The notes under the pieces were generated by a model. It saw nothing but the letters and a program-made list of their open reading frames with translations, did not search any database and was not told where the DNA came from. 64,000 nucleotides of DNA from NCBI GenBank assembly GCA_965238005.1, contig OZ250165.1:2688001-2752000 (forward strand). The letters are read 5' to 3'. Below, piece by piece: positions 35,311 through 44,818 of the stretch. Every line of letters starts with the position of its first letter. Within the stretch, counting starts at the first letter, position 1. Position numbers and translations under genes: made by a program. The DNA is from Longimicrobiales bacterium. Its GTDB lineage: Bacteria > Gemmatimonadota > Gemmatimonadetes > Longimicrobiales > Gaopeijiaceae.

Positions 35311-35348
35311 ACGGGGCGTACCGGACGGGGCGTACCGGACGGGGCGTA
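35307..35348. repeat. 14-bp tandem repeat, three copies
   Basis: CCGGACGGGGCGTA three times. Confidence 0.9.
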
Positions 35349-35590
35349 CTCCGTCACTGGCGGTCCGGGGGCCCGCACAGCCCGCCTCGCGGATCTGCGT
35401 CACCCCCGGGCCCTGGCGGCGCCCCGCCCCGGACTGCCACGCGGCGCAGGCGCCGAGACAGCTCGAGGGAATATCCGCCGAGATCGCTCTGGGATCCGTA
35501 CCGCCGGCTTCCCCCACCAAATCCTTCACCAGATACGCGTAGCGCGCCCGGGACGCAGACCTGTGACGTTCCCCGGACAGGTTGCTGGGT

Positions 35591-35905
35591 TCAGTCCCAG
35601 TCGCCTTCGGCGTCCCTCTTGAGCGCGCGGGCGAGCTCGGGATCGCCCTCACCGCGGCGGACCGAGCGCTCGACGAGGTCGACGCGGCGCCCGAGGTCGG
35701 CGAGTCCGGCAGCGCGCGCGACGCCGTAGATGGCGGCCGCAACGGCTGCAAGCCCCAGCGCCACGTGGAAAGCGATCGCAAGGCCGTGGTCCGCGAGAAT
35801 CACGGGCCAGAACGACGCGAGATACTGGAGGCGGGACCCGGCGAGGAGGAAGGCGGAGCCGACAAGTGCTGCGCTGAGCCCTACGCTGATTCTCCAGGGT
35901 TGCAT
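35591..35905 (-). CDS. Small membrane protein, last gene of the conjugation operon
   Basis: Two hydrophobic segments; starts 9 bp after the upstream stop. Confidence 0.6.
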   Translation of the reverse strand: MQPWRISVGLSAALVGSAFLLAGSRLQYLASFWPVILADHGLAIAFHVALGLAAVAAAIYGVARAAGLADLGRRVDLVERSVRRGEGDPELARALKRDAEGDWD

Positions 35906-36744
35906 GGCGGTGTGCTAGAGCTCGAGCGTGGCCGGGTCCCGCTCGGCGGGACCTCGTATGGAGCTGCGGTCGCCGTCTTGGCCCAGTGCTTGAAGCACCC
36001 GTGCGCGGCCAGCGGCTCCGTTGGCATGGACGACGAACCCGGCGTTGGCCTTGGCTCGGATGGAGGGGGCCCGGTAGTTACCCGAAGCGACCTCAATGTT
36101 GACACGTCCGGTCCGCCCGTCGGCGTCGACGCACTCGATCTGGGCGTCCGGATAGAGCACGCGGCCCCGGGCATCTATGGGTAGGCCGAGTTCGTGGGCG
36201 GCGCGGTGCCGCTCGGCGTCGGCGGCCCGCCGGCCGTCTCTCGCCCGCGCGGACTCGCTCTTGCGTGCTACGGCGCTCTTGAGCTCGCCGTCGAGCCGGA
36301 CGCGCCGGATGGCGGCGCCCTGCGTGAGCAGGCGTTGGTGCTCCAGCCGGCAAGCGCGATAAATGGCAGTGTCGTGTGCGGCTTCGGCGGGCCGGGTACG
36401 TGCGAACCCGATCTCCTGACCGGGATCCAGCCCTCGCGCGGAGGCCAGCTCGCGTGCGGCGGCGCCGCCGCTCCGTGTGAGGGTCAGGACCTTGAACGGC
36501 CTTCCCTTTGGTCCCTTGGCCGTGGACTCCTTGACGAGCCCTTCGCGGATCCAGGCGTTCACGGCCCGCCGCGTGGTGTAGGGATGCCCGCCGAAGTGAG
36601 CCTCGGCGAGATCGCGGTACGAGACGGCGCCGTAGATGCCGATGTCGGCGAGCGCCCCACGGCACCGTTCTCTGAAGGAGGTGGACCCGCGGTCCCGGCT
36701 CGCGTCGTATTCTCGGCGATGGCCGTCCCGCATGCGGTAGCTAG

Positions 36745-38345
36745 GAGTCTGCGCCGCAGAACCCTGCGGCGGCTATCTTTGGTGGTAGCGAAGGCATTGG
36801 GAAGGCTTGCGGATCACCGAGGGGGGTGAATGGGAACGACATTTCGACCGTACGATCCGGAGCAGATGTTGTTGCTGCCTCCGGATCTTCGGGAGTGGGT
36901 GTCGGAGGGTCATTTGGCGCACCATGTGAGCGACCTGGTGGACGCGGTGGAGCTGAGCGCGTTCTACGGGCGGTACCGGGGGGACGGGCGGCGCAACTCG
37001 CCGTACGACCCTCGGATGATGGTCAAGGTGCTGATCTACGCGTATGCGACGGGCACCTTCTCGTCGCGGAAGATGGCGAGGAAGCTGGAGGAGGATGTCG
37101 CGTTTCGGATGCTGGCGGCGGAGAACTTCCCGAAGCACCGGACGCTGTGCGAGTTCCGCAAGCGCCATCTCGGGGATTTCCGGGCGGTGTTTGTGGAGGT
37201 GGTGATGCTCGCGCGGGCCTTGGGGCTGGCGGGGCTTGGCAGGGTGTCGGTGGACGGGACGAAGGTTCGGGCGAACGCGAACAAGCGCAAGGCGATGAGC
37301 TACGGCCGGATGGTGACCGGGGAGCCTCGGCTGGAGGCGGAGATCCGGGGGCTGTTGGAGAGGGCCGAGGCGGTGGACGAAGCGGAAGACGAGCGCTACG
37401 GCGAGGAAGCATGCGGAGACGAGGTGCCGGAGGAGCTCAAGCGGCGCGAGGACCGGCTGGCGGCGATCCGGGAGGCGAAGGCGCGCCTGGAAGCCGAGCA
37501 GAGAGCGGCGGACGACGCACGGGGCCGCAAGCCGGGGCAGACGCGCAACCCGAAGGGCGGCAGGCCCTACAAGCGGGAGTACGGAGAGCCGGACGAGGCG
37601 GCGCAGAGCAACTTCACGGACCCTGAGAGCCGGATCATGAAGACGAGTTCGGAGGGGTTCCAGCAGTGCTACAACGCACAGACGGTCGTGGAGGGGGAGA
37701 ACCAGCTGGTGGTCGGGGCCGAGGTGACGGACAACGCGAGCGACCAGGGCCAGCTGGTGCCCATGGTCGACGCGGTGGCGCAAGCGTACGGCGAGACGCC
37801 GGCGCAGGTGCTGGCGGACACGGGCTATTGCAACGAGCGGGATCTCGAGGAACTGGAAGAGCGAGACATCGACGGGTATGTGGCGCTGGCCCGGGAGGGC
37901 AAGGCCGCCCCCACGGTTGACAAGGAGGAATATCCGGCGAAAGTCCGCATGGCGGAGAAGCTGGCGAGCGAAGATGGCCGCAGACGCTACGCACGGCGAA
38001 AGTCGCAGGCCGAGGCGCCCATCGGCTGGATCAAGGAAGTGATGGGCTTTCGACGATTCAGCTACCGGGGCCTCGAGAAGGTCCGGGCCGAGTGGACCCT
38101 CGTGTGCCTGGCACTCAATGTGAAGCGGCTGCACACCCTTCAGGCGGCATGACTGCACGAGGGTTCACCCGCATCTGCCGGCGCGAGGGCTCTCGTAGCT
38201 CTCTTGCCCCCCCAACGCATCCATTCCGCTCTCCCGATCCGTCGCAGACACAAGTCCTCAACCTCCCAATCACCCGGATCCGCCTCGCCGCGGACGGCTC
38301 GATGACCATTCGGCTCAGTCAGCTGTGCTTCTGCGGCGCAGACTC
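36745..38345 (+). mobile_element. Complete IS1182-family element, 1601 bp
   Basis: Perfect 17-bp terminal inverted repeats GAGTCTGCGCCGCAGAA; CTAG duplicated at 36741-36744 and 38346-38349. Confidence 0.92.
36830..38152 (+). CDS. IS1182-family transposase
   Basis: PYDPRMMVKVLIYAY..G.FSSR, VDGTKVRANA, TDPESRIM, YNAQ and LADTGY. Confidence 0.92.
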   Translation: MGTTFRPYDPEQMLLLPPDLREWVSEGHLAHHVSDLVDAVELSAFYGRYRGDGRRNSPYDPRMMVKVLIYAYATGTFSSRKMARKLEEDVAFRMLAAENFPKHRTLCEFRKRHLGDFRAVFVEVVMLARALGLAGLGRVSVDGTKVRANANKRKAMSYGRMVTGEPRLEAEIRGLLERAEAVDEAEDERYGEEACGDEVPEELKRREDRLAAIREAKARLEAEQRAADDARGRKPGQTRNPKGGRPYKREYGEPDEAAQSNFTDPESRIMKTSSEGFQQCYNAQTVVEGENQLVVGAEVTDNASDQGQLVPMVDAVAQAYGETPAQVLADTGYCNERDLEELEERDIDGYVALAREGKAAPTVDKEEYPAKVRMAEKLASEDGRRRYARRKSQAEAPIGWIKEVMGFRRFSYRGLEKVRAEWTLVCLALNVKRLHTLQAA

Positions 38346-38425
38346 CTAGCGCGGTTTTGCGGCGCGGCGGGCCGCGGGTCCGATCCGATCGTGCGGTCGA
38401 GCATCTGTCGACTCCTTCTTTGGCG

Positions 38426-39454
38426 TCAGCGGCCCGGACCGAAGTTCCGTTTGGGGAGCGGCAGCGGGAGCTCCGGCCTTGCGGCGTGCTGCGGGTCGGG
38501 AGCCCGAGTGGCGGCCACCGGAGTGGGCTCCCGCTCGGCCTGGCGCTCGCGGCTCCGGGCCAGCACGAAGTCGGAGATCTTCTGTGCGTCGGCCGCGGCG
38601 CGGCGGATCTCCCTTGGGTCTTCCTCGAGGGCAGTGACCCACCCCTCGACGTAGGCGGCCCCTCGGCTCGGGTCATGGCCGACGCCCACGCGCTCGCCGG
38701 TCATCATTGCGCTGATCTCCGCGCGGAGCTCCTCCTTCGCATAGGCCGGTGAGCCGAACCCTTCGCCGATCCCTTGGGTGAGCGTGGCGCGGTTCATCCG
38801 CTCGGGATGGCCCGTGCTGTGCCCCAGCTCGTGCAGCGCGGTCTGGTAGTAGTGGTTCGCCGAGGGGAACTGTCCCCTCTCCGGAAGCACGATCTCGTCG
38901 CGGTTCAGGTTGTAGAACGCCCGGTCGCCGGCCATGTGACGGACGGGGACCCCGCTGTCCTCGAGGACGCGTTCGGCCTGCTGGTGGACCTTCCAGAGCG
39001 GCTCGGCAGCGGGCGCGGGCCGCGCGGGCAACCCGTCGGCCTGCTCGGCGTTGAAGACGGTGTACTGCCGGACGACGGGCGCGCGCATCCGCTCGTATCG
39101 GTAGACGCGCTTGCCTTCGTTGTCCGTGACGGGCCGTCCGCGCTCGTCGTTGACGGCGATCTTCCGGTGGTCCTGGAAGGAGAGGATGCGGGTGCCCTGC
39201 TCGCCCTTCCGCACCTGTCCGCCCCGGGCTTGGATCTGGCGGTAGGTTCCCCAGCGCACGTCGCCGTAGCCGCGCTCCTGCTGGACGGCGGCAAGGTGCA
39301 GGCTGTTCCCTCCCGAGTAGGAGCGTCCGGTATCGACGTTCGCGGGAAGCACGCGCTCGCCCGGCCCCCAGGGCTTCTGCCAGGGCGCCGTGCCCTGGCG
39401 GATCTGCTCGATGACCCGGTCGGCGAACTGGCGGTGGTATTCGTCGTGTTTCAT
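38426..39454 (-). CDS. ardC: ArdC-family ssDNA-binding antirestriction protein
   Basis: PWQKPW, TGRSYSGGN and GGQVRKGEQG; zincin-like HELGHSTGH. Confidence 0.85.
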   Translation of the reverse strand: MKHDEYHRQFADRVIEQIRQGTAPWQKPWGPGERVLPANVDTGRSYSGGNSLHLAAVQQERGYGDVRWGTYRQIQARGGQVRKGEQGTRILSFQDHRKIAVNDERGRPVTDNEGKRVYRYERMRAPVVRQYTVFNAEQADGLPARPAPAAEPLWKVHQQAERVLEDSGVPVRHMAGDRAFYNLNRDEIVLPERGQFPSANHYYQTALHELGHSTGHPERMNRATLTQGIGEGFGSPAYAKEELRAEISAMMTGERVGVGHDPSRGAAYVEGWVTALEEDPREIRRAAADAQKISDFVLARSRERQAEREPTPVAATRAPDPQHAARPELPLPLPKRNFGPGR

Positions 39455-39651
39455 CGGTCTTCCTCCTCCCGGCCGTGCGGATCCTCCGAGGCGTCCCGGA
39501 TCTCGTCTTCGGTGCCCACGTCCTCGGGGAAGAGGCCGTACTCTTCTGCCAATGAGGCCGGGACCTGGAGGGTCTCGCCCCCGTCCCGTCCGAGCTCGCG
39601 GTCGAAGTCGTCGAGCGTCTCGACGCGGACGATCTTCTCGTCGCTTTCCAT
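39451..39651 (-). CDS. Small acidic hypothetical protein
   Basis: RBS upstream; ATGA overlap with ardC. Confidence 0.5.
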   Translation of the reverse strand: MESDEKIVRVETLDDFDRELGRDGGETLQVPASLAEEYGLFPEDVGTEDEIRDASEDPHGREEEDR

Positions 39652-39655
39652 GTCC

Positions 39656-39925
39656 TCACTCCTTTTCTGTTTGTTCTTCATCGTCCTTCCTCCAGACGGG
39701 TTCGGTGAGCCAGCGGTTGGCGGCCGCCTCGTAGCCCTTCACACGGAGCGCTTCCTCGACGAACCTCCGGCCCCCTCGCCGGGTCATGTGGACAACGAGC
39801 GAGATGCCGTCGACGACGCCCCTGCAGGTCACCTCCCAGGGGAGCGCGCCTCCGGCCTGCATGGCGCAACTCGCCAGGCGCGAGAGCGCGGAGCGGGCGT
39901 TGTTGGCGTGCACGGTGGTGAGCGA
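39656..39925 (-). pseudogene. trbB: VirB11/TrbB-type ATPase, C-terminal half
   Basis: SLTTVHANNARSALSRL continues the GHGG of the half at 46169-46889. Confidence 0.85.
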
Positions 39926-40425
39926 GCAGCTATCAACGATGTGCTTTAATCGTCGTAACTATATGATATATAGTTAGTTACAGATGAAGTAGTTTTTGGT
40001 ACGACTCGTTTCTATCGTATGTGATCCCGTATAAGCGGCGGGCGATTACACGGGAGCGTACGGTACGTTCGCGGAACCCGTGACGGGTTCTGCCTTCGGC
40101 GTCGCGCGGGGCTGAGGAAGACCCGGCAGGTGACGACGTGGCGATCCCGAAAACTGGAATCTCGTCGCGACGGCGGGGGCGTTCGGGCACATGCTGGCGA
40201 CGCGCGATGAGGCAGTCCCGAAGCGGGCCGGACGGTATGCGTTCGGGTCAGGGGATTATGAGGCCCTTGCGGGCAAGGTGTTTTCACAGGTCTCGCGGAG
40301 AGCGGGAAGACTCGCCAGAGGCCGAGAAGCCCTCAAGATGGGTCAGAGAAAGGGAGGGGAGGGTCCCAGGCTCCTGAGGGTCCTCCCTCCAGCTAGTGCG
40401 CTTCGGATCGCCCGCCGAACTCGAT

Positions 40426-41375
40426 CTATAGCCTGAACTTCGATTTGTGGATGTGGAACCATTCGCTAACCGCGTCGATGGCTACGCCCACCTGATCTCG
40501 CAACGTGCCAGCGCCGTCGCGAAGAGCCGCATCTGCAGCTTCCTTCGTTGCTACCACCTTCTCTACGGCAGCAGCGCGCGTGTCGTCCCCGATCGCCTGC
40601 CAGATGCGCTCACCCGAATTCCACGCGTACAAGCTTCCACCCACTCCTGCGAAACCCACCAGCACCGGAGTGCCCACAGTGACACCCAGCGCGCTCGCCG
40701 TGGCAACTACGCCGACTGTCGAACCGACGACAGCCGTGGCAATACTGACCGACCGCGCGAAATCAAGCACCGCAGTCCAAGCGCCTTTCGCCCGTTTACC
40801 ACGTGCAGCGTCTCCACAGAAGCTGAGACGGGCAATTCCACCAGGGCGCCGATTGCGCCGCCCCTCGCGAGGCTGGCCAGAATTGGGCGACGTGCAGCTC
40901 CCAAGCCCATGCGGGCGTTGTGCGTGTGCATCCGCAGCTTGTCCGGGAACCCCATGTCTCTGGGACCACGTCCTTGGTTCCATTTCGGAGGCTCAAAGAC
41001 CACGTTACCGGCGCTGGCCGCCAATTCGGGATGGCGATTCACTGATCGTATATGACTCACGTCATGGACGTCGAGAAAGCCCAGTACCGCCTTCCCACCT
41101 GCCACCCGAACACCGCCGGGAATCTTCCTATAGAGATCCTCCGCAGTTACCCGGCCGACATTTGCTCTCCAATTGACCGTCGATGCCCGCTGATTCAGCC
41201 TCGTGTGAACTTTGGGCAGGTCACTCAATCTCGCGGGAATGAGTTCGGCCCAGATTTTCTCCACCCACGGAGTCATGACTGAAGCTGCTTGCGACTGCAA
41301 ACCGACATTAGCGTGAGCTGACAGAGGTCCAGCAACTGCTAGGGTGACCAGAATGATGGTCACAAAGACCCTCAT
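40426..41375 (-). pseudogene. Signal-peptide protein with possible HNH-like motif and hydrophobic C-terminus; frameshifted near 40780
   Basis: MRVFVTIILVTLAVAGPLSAHA; DVSHIRSV..HPELA....NVVFE...WN..RG; two overlapping frames. Confidence 0.45.
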
Positions 41376-41795
41376 GGCTCTCCTCATGCGGGAAGCGGAC
41401 GACTGCCGGAGTGCGTCATCGGTACGCAACGGCCCGAGCACGGCAGACTGACCCCGTCATCCTAAACGTAAGTCCGGACGGCCACCTGCGTCCATGTCCG
41501 TTGCGCTCCCTCAGCGGCTTTCAGAGCGGCGATCACAGGTGGCCCCGAAGGCCCCACGGGGCCGTGACCCGGGGAGTTCGTCTGTTTCACGACCGCGGCA
41601 GGGCCGAGAGGAGCCCTCAGTGGCCGTCAGAGCCGACTTCTCGGCGCCGGATGACCCACAGGGGACCCGGGGATCCACTGCGGACGGTCCTCTCACACAT
41701 TGCGGAGCGCTATCGGTACGGTTTCTTATTGAGGCTGCGCCGCTGATAATCGTCAGCCTGCGTGCAAGCCATATTGCCAAGGGGTTACCCGATAG

Positions 41796-42560
41796 ATGAG
41801 TCTCGCTCAGGCAGTGGTGCAAGCAAGCCGCGCATTCGACCACGTCGCCCGCCGGACATGGTGCGTCAAACCGGCTGTGCCGATTCTTTTTTTCGGCGAC
41901 CTCGACGCGTATCGAGCTTCGCCGCTACACGTGCTGACGGTCGGACTGAATCCCTCGCGGCATGAGTTTCCGGCTGACCAGCCGTTCCTGCGCTTTCCGC
42001 TCGCAGAAGGCGGCCTTGGCGGGGAGCCATCCCGGTACCTCGAAGCAATGTCCGCCTATTTTCGAATCGCCCCCTACGACGGGTGGTTCAGCGCCTTCGA
42101 GCCGCTGCTCAACGGCATGAAGGCGAGCTACTACCACGGCGGCGCATCGACGGCGCTCCACACCGACATCTGCTCACCCGTCGCGACGAACTCGACGTGG
42201 AACGACCTCGACAAAGCTGATCGTGAAGCACTCGAGTCCGATGGCGGCCCGCTCTGGCACATGCTTCTGGAGGAGCTAGAGCCACAAATCGTGGCTCTGT
42301 CGGTGGCGAAGGCTCACCTCGAGGGCATCAAGTTCACGCCCTTGACCAGTTGGGAGGTCATCCACGCCTTCGAGCGGACAGGCAGCGGCGCCCTTCGGTC
42401 CCGACCGTACGAGGTCCACGCACGGTGGTACGACGTAGGCGGTGAACGGTCGCTGTTCATCTTCGGCAGAGCAGCTCAGAAGCCCTTTGGGCTGCTGGCC
42501 AACACCCACAAGCGCAAGGCAGGCGCGGTGGTACTGAAGGCATATCAGGATGGCCGATAA
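41796..42560 (+). CDS. Uracil-DNA-glycosylase-fold protein (atypical)
   Basis: ILFFGD...VLTVGLNPS motif A; HTDIC.P.AT; LLEELEPQIV. Confidence 0.55.
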   Translation: MSLAQAVVQASRAFDHVARRTWCVKPAVPILFFGDLDAYRASPLHVLTVGLNPSRHEFPADQPFLRFPLAEGGLGGEPSRYLEAMSAYFRIAPYDGWFSAFEPLLNGMKASYYHGGASTALHTDICSPVATNSTWNDLDKADREALESDGGPLWHMLLEELEPQIVALSVAKAHLEGIKFTPLTSWEVIHAFERTGSGALRSRPYEVHARWYDVGGERSLFIFGRAAQKPFGLLANTHKRKAGAVVLKAYQDGR

Positions 42561-43539
42561 GCGTTGCTTCGTTCAGTTCCCGCACCCGGGGGGCGAGCAC
42601 CGACCCGACCGTAGCGGAAGTAAGCCGTGGCACACCCGGGCAAGCAGCCATGCGCGGAAGTTCATGCAGTTCCCTGGCGAGTGGATTGCGTCGGACGACA
42701 GCCCGCACCGCGGCGAATTGTGGGCGTGGGGCGAGTGGGAGCCCGAGTCGCGCCTCATTCGTGAGCTCGACCAGTCCCGTGGCAACCGGGACTATCCGCG
42801 TTACCTCTGGCAGCCGTACTACGTCCTGAGGGACAACTACCGGGGACTGCACAATACCGACCCGTTCATCTTCGGCGAACGCTTCCTCTATTCGAACTGC
42901 CGTCAAGGGGCCCACAGCCCCGGCTTGATGCGCCTCGGTGAGGGGTCCGTGATCGCCTTCGGCAGCGGTAAGCAGGGAGTCGGGGGCGAGTGGAGATGGT
43001 GGCTCGATACCGTGTTCGTGGTCGCGAATTCCGATCTCTATCCGGTATCCGAGGCAGACCGGGTGCTGAAGGACTGGACGTCTGACGTGTTCGGCATCGT
43101 GACCGGCGGACCGCTCGCCGACAACCACGAAGGCGGGTGCGCAGCGGACGTGCGGCTCAGGCTCTATCGGGGCGCGACGCCGGACGATCCGGTGGACGGA
43201 ATGTTCAGCTTCTTCCCCGCGCAGCCCGCCGGTGACGGGACGGGCTTTCCGCGACCGGGCATCGACCTGCCAAGCGAGTACTTCAACCCCGCCTGCTATA
43301 TAGCTCCCAAGGGGGTCAGCCGCGAGCACTGCCGCGATCAGCTACACTCGATCTGGATGGCCCTCGTCGCGCAGGTGCGGCAAGCCGGGCTCGTGCTCGG
43401 CACATACGCGGAAGTGCCACCACAACGGGCACACACGGGTGCTTCTAACGATCTGAACACCGACGGAAACCGTTCTCTGGGAACGACCGCTCAGGTCCCG
43501 CTCAGGGCACCGAGATGCGGCAGATGTGCACAGCCATGA
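42550..43539 (+). CDS. Hypothetical protein, possibly nucleotide-modification-associated (Nmad-like)
   Basis: Clean ORF overlapping the upstream gene by 11 bp; HNTDPFIFG..FLYSNCRQ...L.EGSVIAFGS...LDTVFVV. Confidence 0.5.
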   Translation: MADKRCFVQFPHPGGEHRPDRSGSKPWHTRASSHARKFMQFPGEWIASDDSPHRGELWAWGEWEPESRLIRELDQSRGNRDYPRYLWQPYYVLRDNYRGLHNTDPFIFGERFLYSNCRQGAHSPGLMRLGEGSVIAFGSGKQGVGGEWRWWLDTVFVVANSDLYPVSEADRVLKDWTSDVFGIVTGGPLADNHEGGCAADVRLRLYRGATPDDPVDGMFSFFPAQPAGDGTGFPRPGIDLPSEYFNPACYIAPKGVSREHCRDQLHSIWMALVAQVRQAGLVLGTYAEVPPQRAHTGASNDLNTDGNRSLGTTAQVPLRAPRCGRCAQP

Positions 43540-43584
43540 TCAGCTCCTCCTCACAGCCTCTGCCACGTATGGGCAGGTGGAGGA

Positions 43585-43940
43585 CTTGATGATCCAGGCT
43601 TCCGAGCGTCGGGCGACGAGTTCGTTTAATGTACGAGAGCCAGCATACCCCTTGGGGCCACGCTTCGCGGGTCCCGGGCAGGGGCTGGCGAGGGGTAGCT
43701 CCGCCCCCCTTCGAACCCCCGAGGCCCGCGCTCCTGCGGAGTGCTTTGCCCCCCTCCCCCTTGCCGGTGCGCTGATGGCTGAGCGCCGCACGTCACCGCC
43801 GCCGCCCGCGTATCGCCAGCTGAGCTCACCGACTGGCGGGCCACGGCAACGGTCGCTGGCGTGCCTCTCTCGGAGCTGATGCGGCAAGCCATGGCACGCG
43901 CACGGACGTGGGCCGCCCCGACATCGGCGGAGCGAGTGAT
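43585..43940 (+). pseudogene. mobC: Degenerate oriT (copy 3) and mobC remnant
   Basis: Homologous to 11700-12060; GAGCCAG in place of TAAGCCAG; ATGGCTGAGCGCCG at 43775, frameshifted. Confidence 0.65.
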
Positions 43941-43973
43941 ATTGAACCCACGCTACCATTGGGAGGCATGCCG

Positions 43974-44606
43974 ATGACGGGCACCGTGGTCGGATACGAC
44001 CCTGGTGGCAACCGCAAGCATGGACTTGCGTGGGCGACGGTTGAAGACGGGAATATCGTCAACGTGACTACGAAGACCCTCTGCAACGTTGAGGAGGTGG
44101 TTGCATTGATTTTCGATATCGAAACACCCCTTGGGCTCGGTATCGACACCCTCACCTGCTGGGGCACTGGTCGCAGTGGCTGGCGTCCGGCGGATCGCTG
44201 GCTTCGACGGCGCTATCCCGACGTGCAGAACAGCGTCCAAGCGCCAAACTCCCTTTACGGGGCCATGAGCGTCAGCGGAATGGCATTGCTGGTCGCCGTG
44301 CGACAGGCCTTCCCCGACATCTTCGTTACCGAAACCCACCCCAAGGTGCTGTACCACGCGCAGTGCAACGAACGCTACGACTACAACGGCCCGAACACAT
44401 CCGTCATGAACAAGCACCTGAGTCGATTGCTCGCCGTCGATGTCGCACTTCAGAACGAGCACGAGTGGGACTCTGCCATCTCGATTCTCGCGGCCGTCCG
44501 TGGACTTCATGGGTTATGGCAGCGTGACCTGCACGCTCTGCCGACCGATTCCGACGAACGTTTGGTGCAGCCGTGCGGCAGGACGGCCTACATGTGGCCC
44601 GAATAG
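43974..44606 (+). CDS. DUF429-like RNase H-fold predicted nuclease
   Basis: VVGYDPGG, LGIDT, R.ADRWL, ETHPK and HEWDSAIS; GGAGG RBS. Confidence 0.7.
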   Translation: MTGTVVGYDPGGNRKHGLAWATVEDGNIVNVTTKTLCNVEEVVALIFDIETPLGLGIDTLTCWGTGRSGWRPADRWLRRRYPDVQNSVQAPNSLYGAMSVSGMALLVAVRQAFPDIFVTETHPKVLYHAQCNERYDYNGPNTSVMNKHLSRLLAVDVALQNEHEWDSAISILAAVRGLHGLWQRDLHALPTDSDERLVQPCGRTAYMWPE

Positions 44607-44689
44607 AATGTCGGGCCGGTCATCCGGCTCCCAACCCCACTAGCCGGCCCTCGGACTCGCGAGGCTTTTGGAGCGGATCGCTCGCGAAC

Positions 44690-44780
44690 TCCGCCGGAGC
44701 GCGCGCCTCCAGGGGATCGAAGGGGCGGAGCCCTCGCCAGCCCCAATGTACCCACATTGGGTAGGCTGGCTTAAGCACCT
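44690..44780 (-). other. ColE1-type oriT, copy 4
   Basis: CTGGCTTA at 44766-44773; hairpin CCCAATGT-accc-ACATTGGG; about 45 bp downstream of the integrase. Confidence 0.7.
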
Positions 44781-44818
44781 TAGTCTCCGCCTGAGGTGCC
44801 GCGACGGTGGGCTGCAAC

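Larger units (their letters stand above)
35915..38404 (-). pseudogene. wHTH plus PD-(D/E)xK Replic_Relax/MOB_C-like relaxase, split by IS1182
   Basis: AAHD..IY and YPDAQIE...NIEV motifs; RBS AAGGAG with ATG at 38404; removing the IS gives a 294-aa ORF. Confidence 0.6.

Noticed and set aside
35307..35348. Short repeats as CRISPR or iterons
   Set aside because: Contiguous copies with no spacers, no cas genes and no adjacent rep gene
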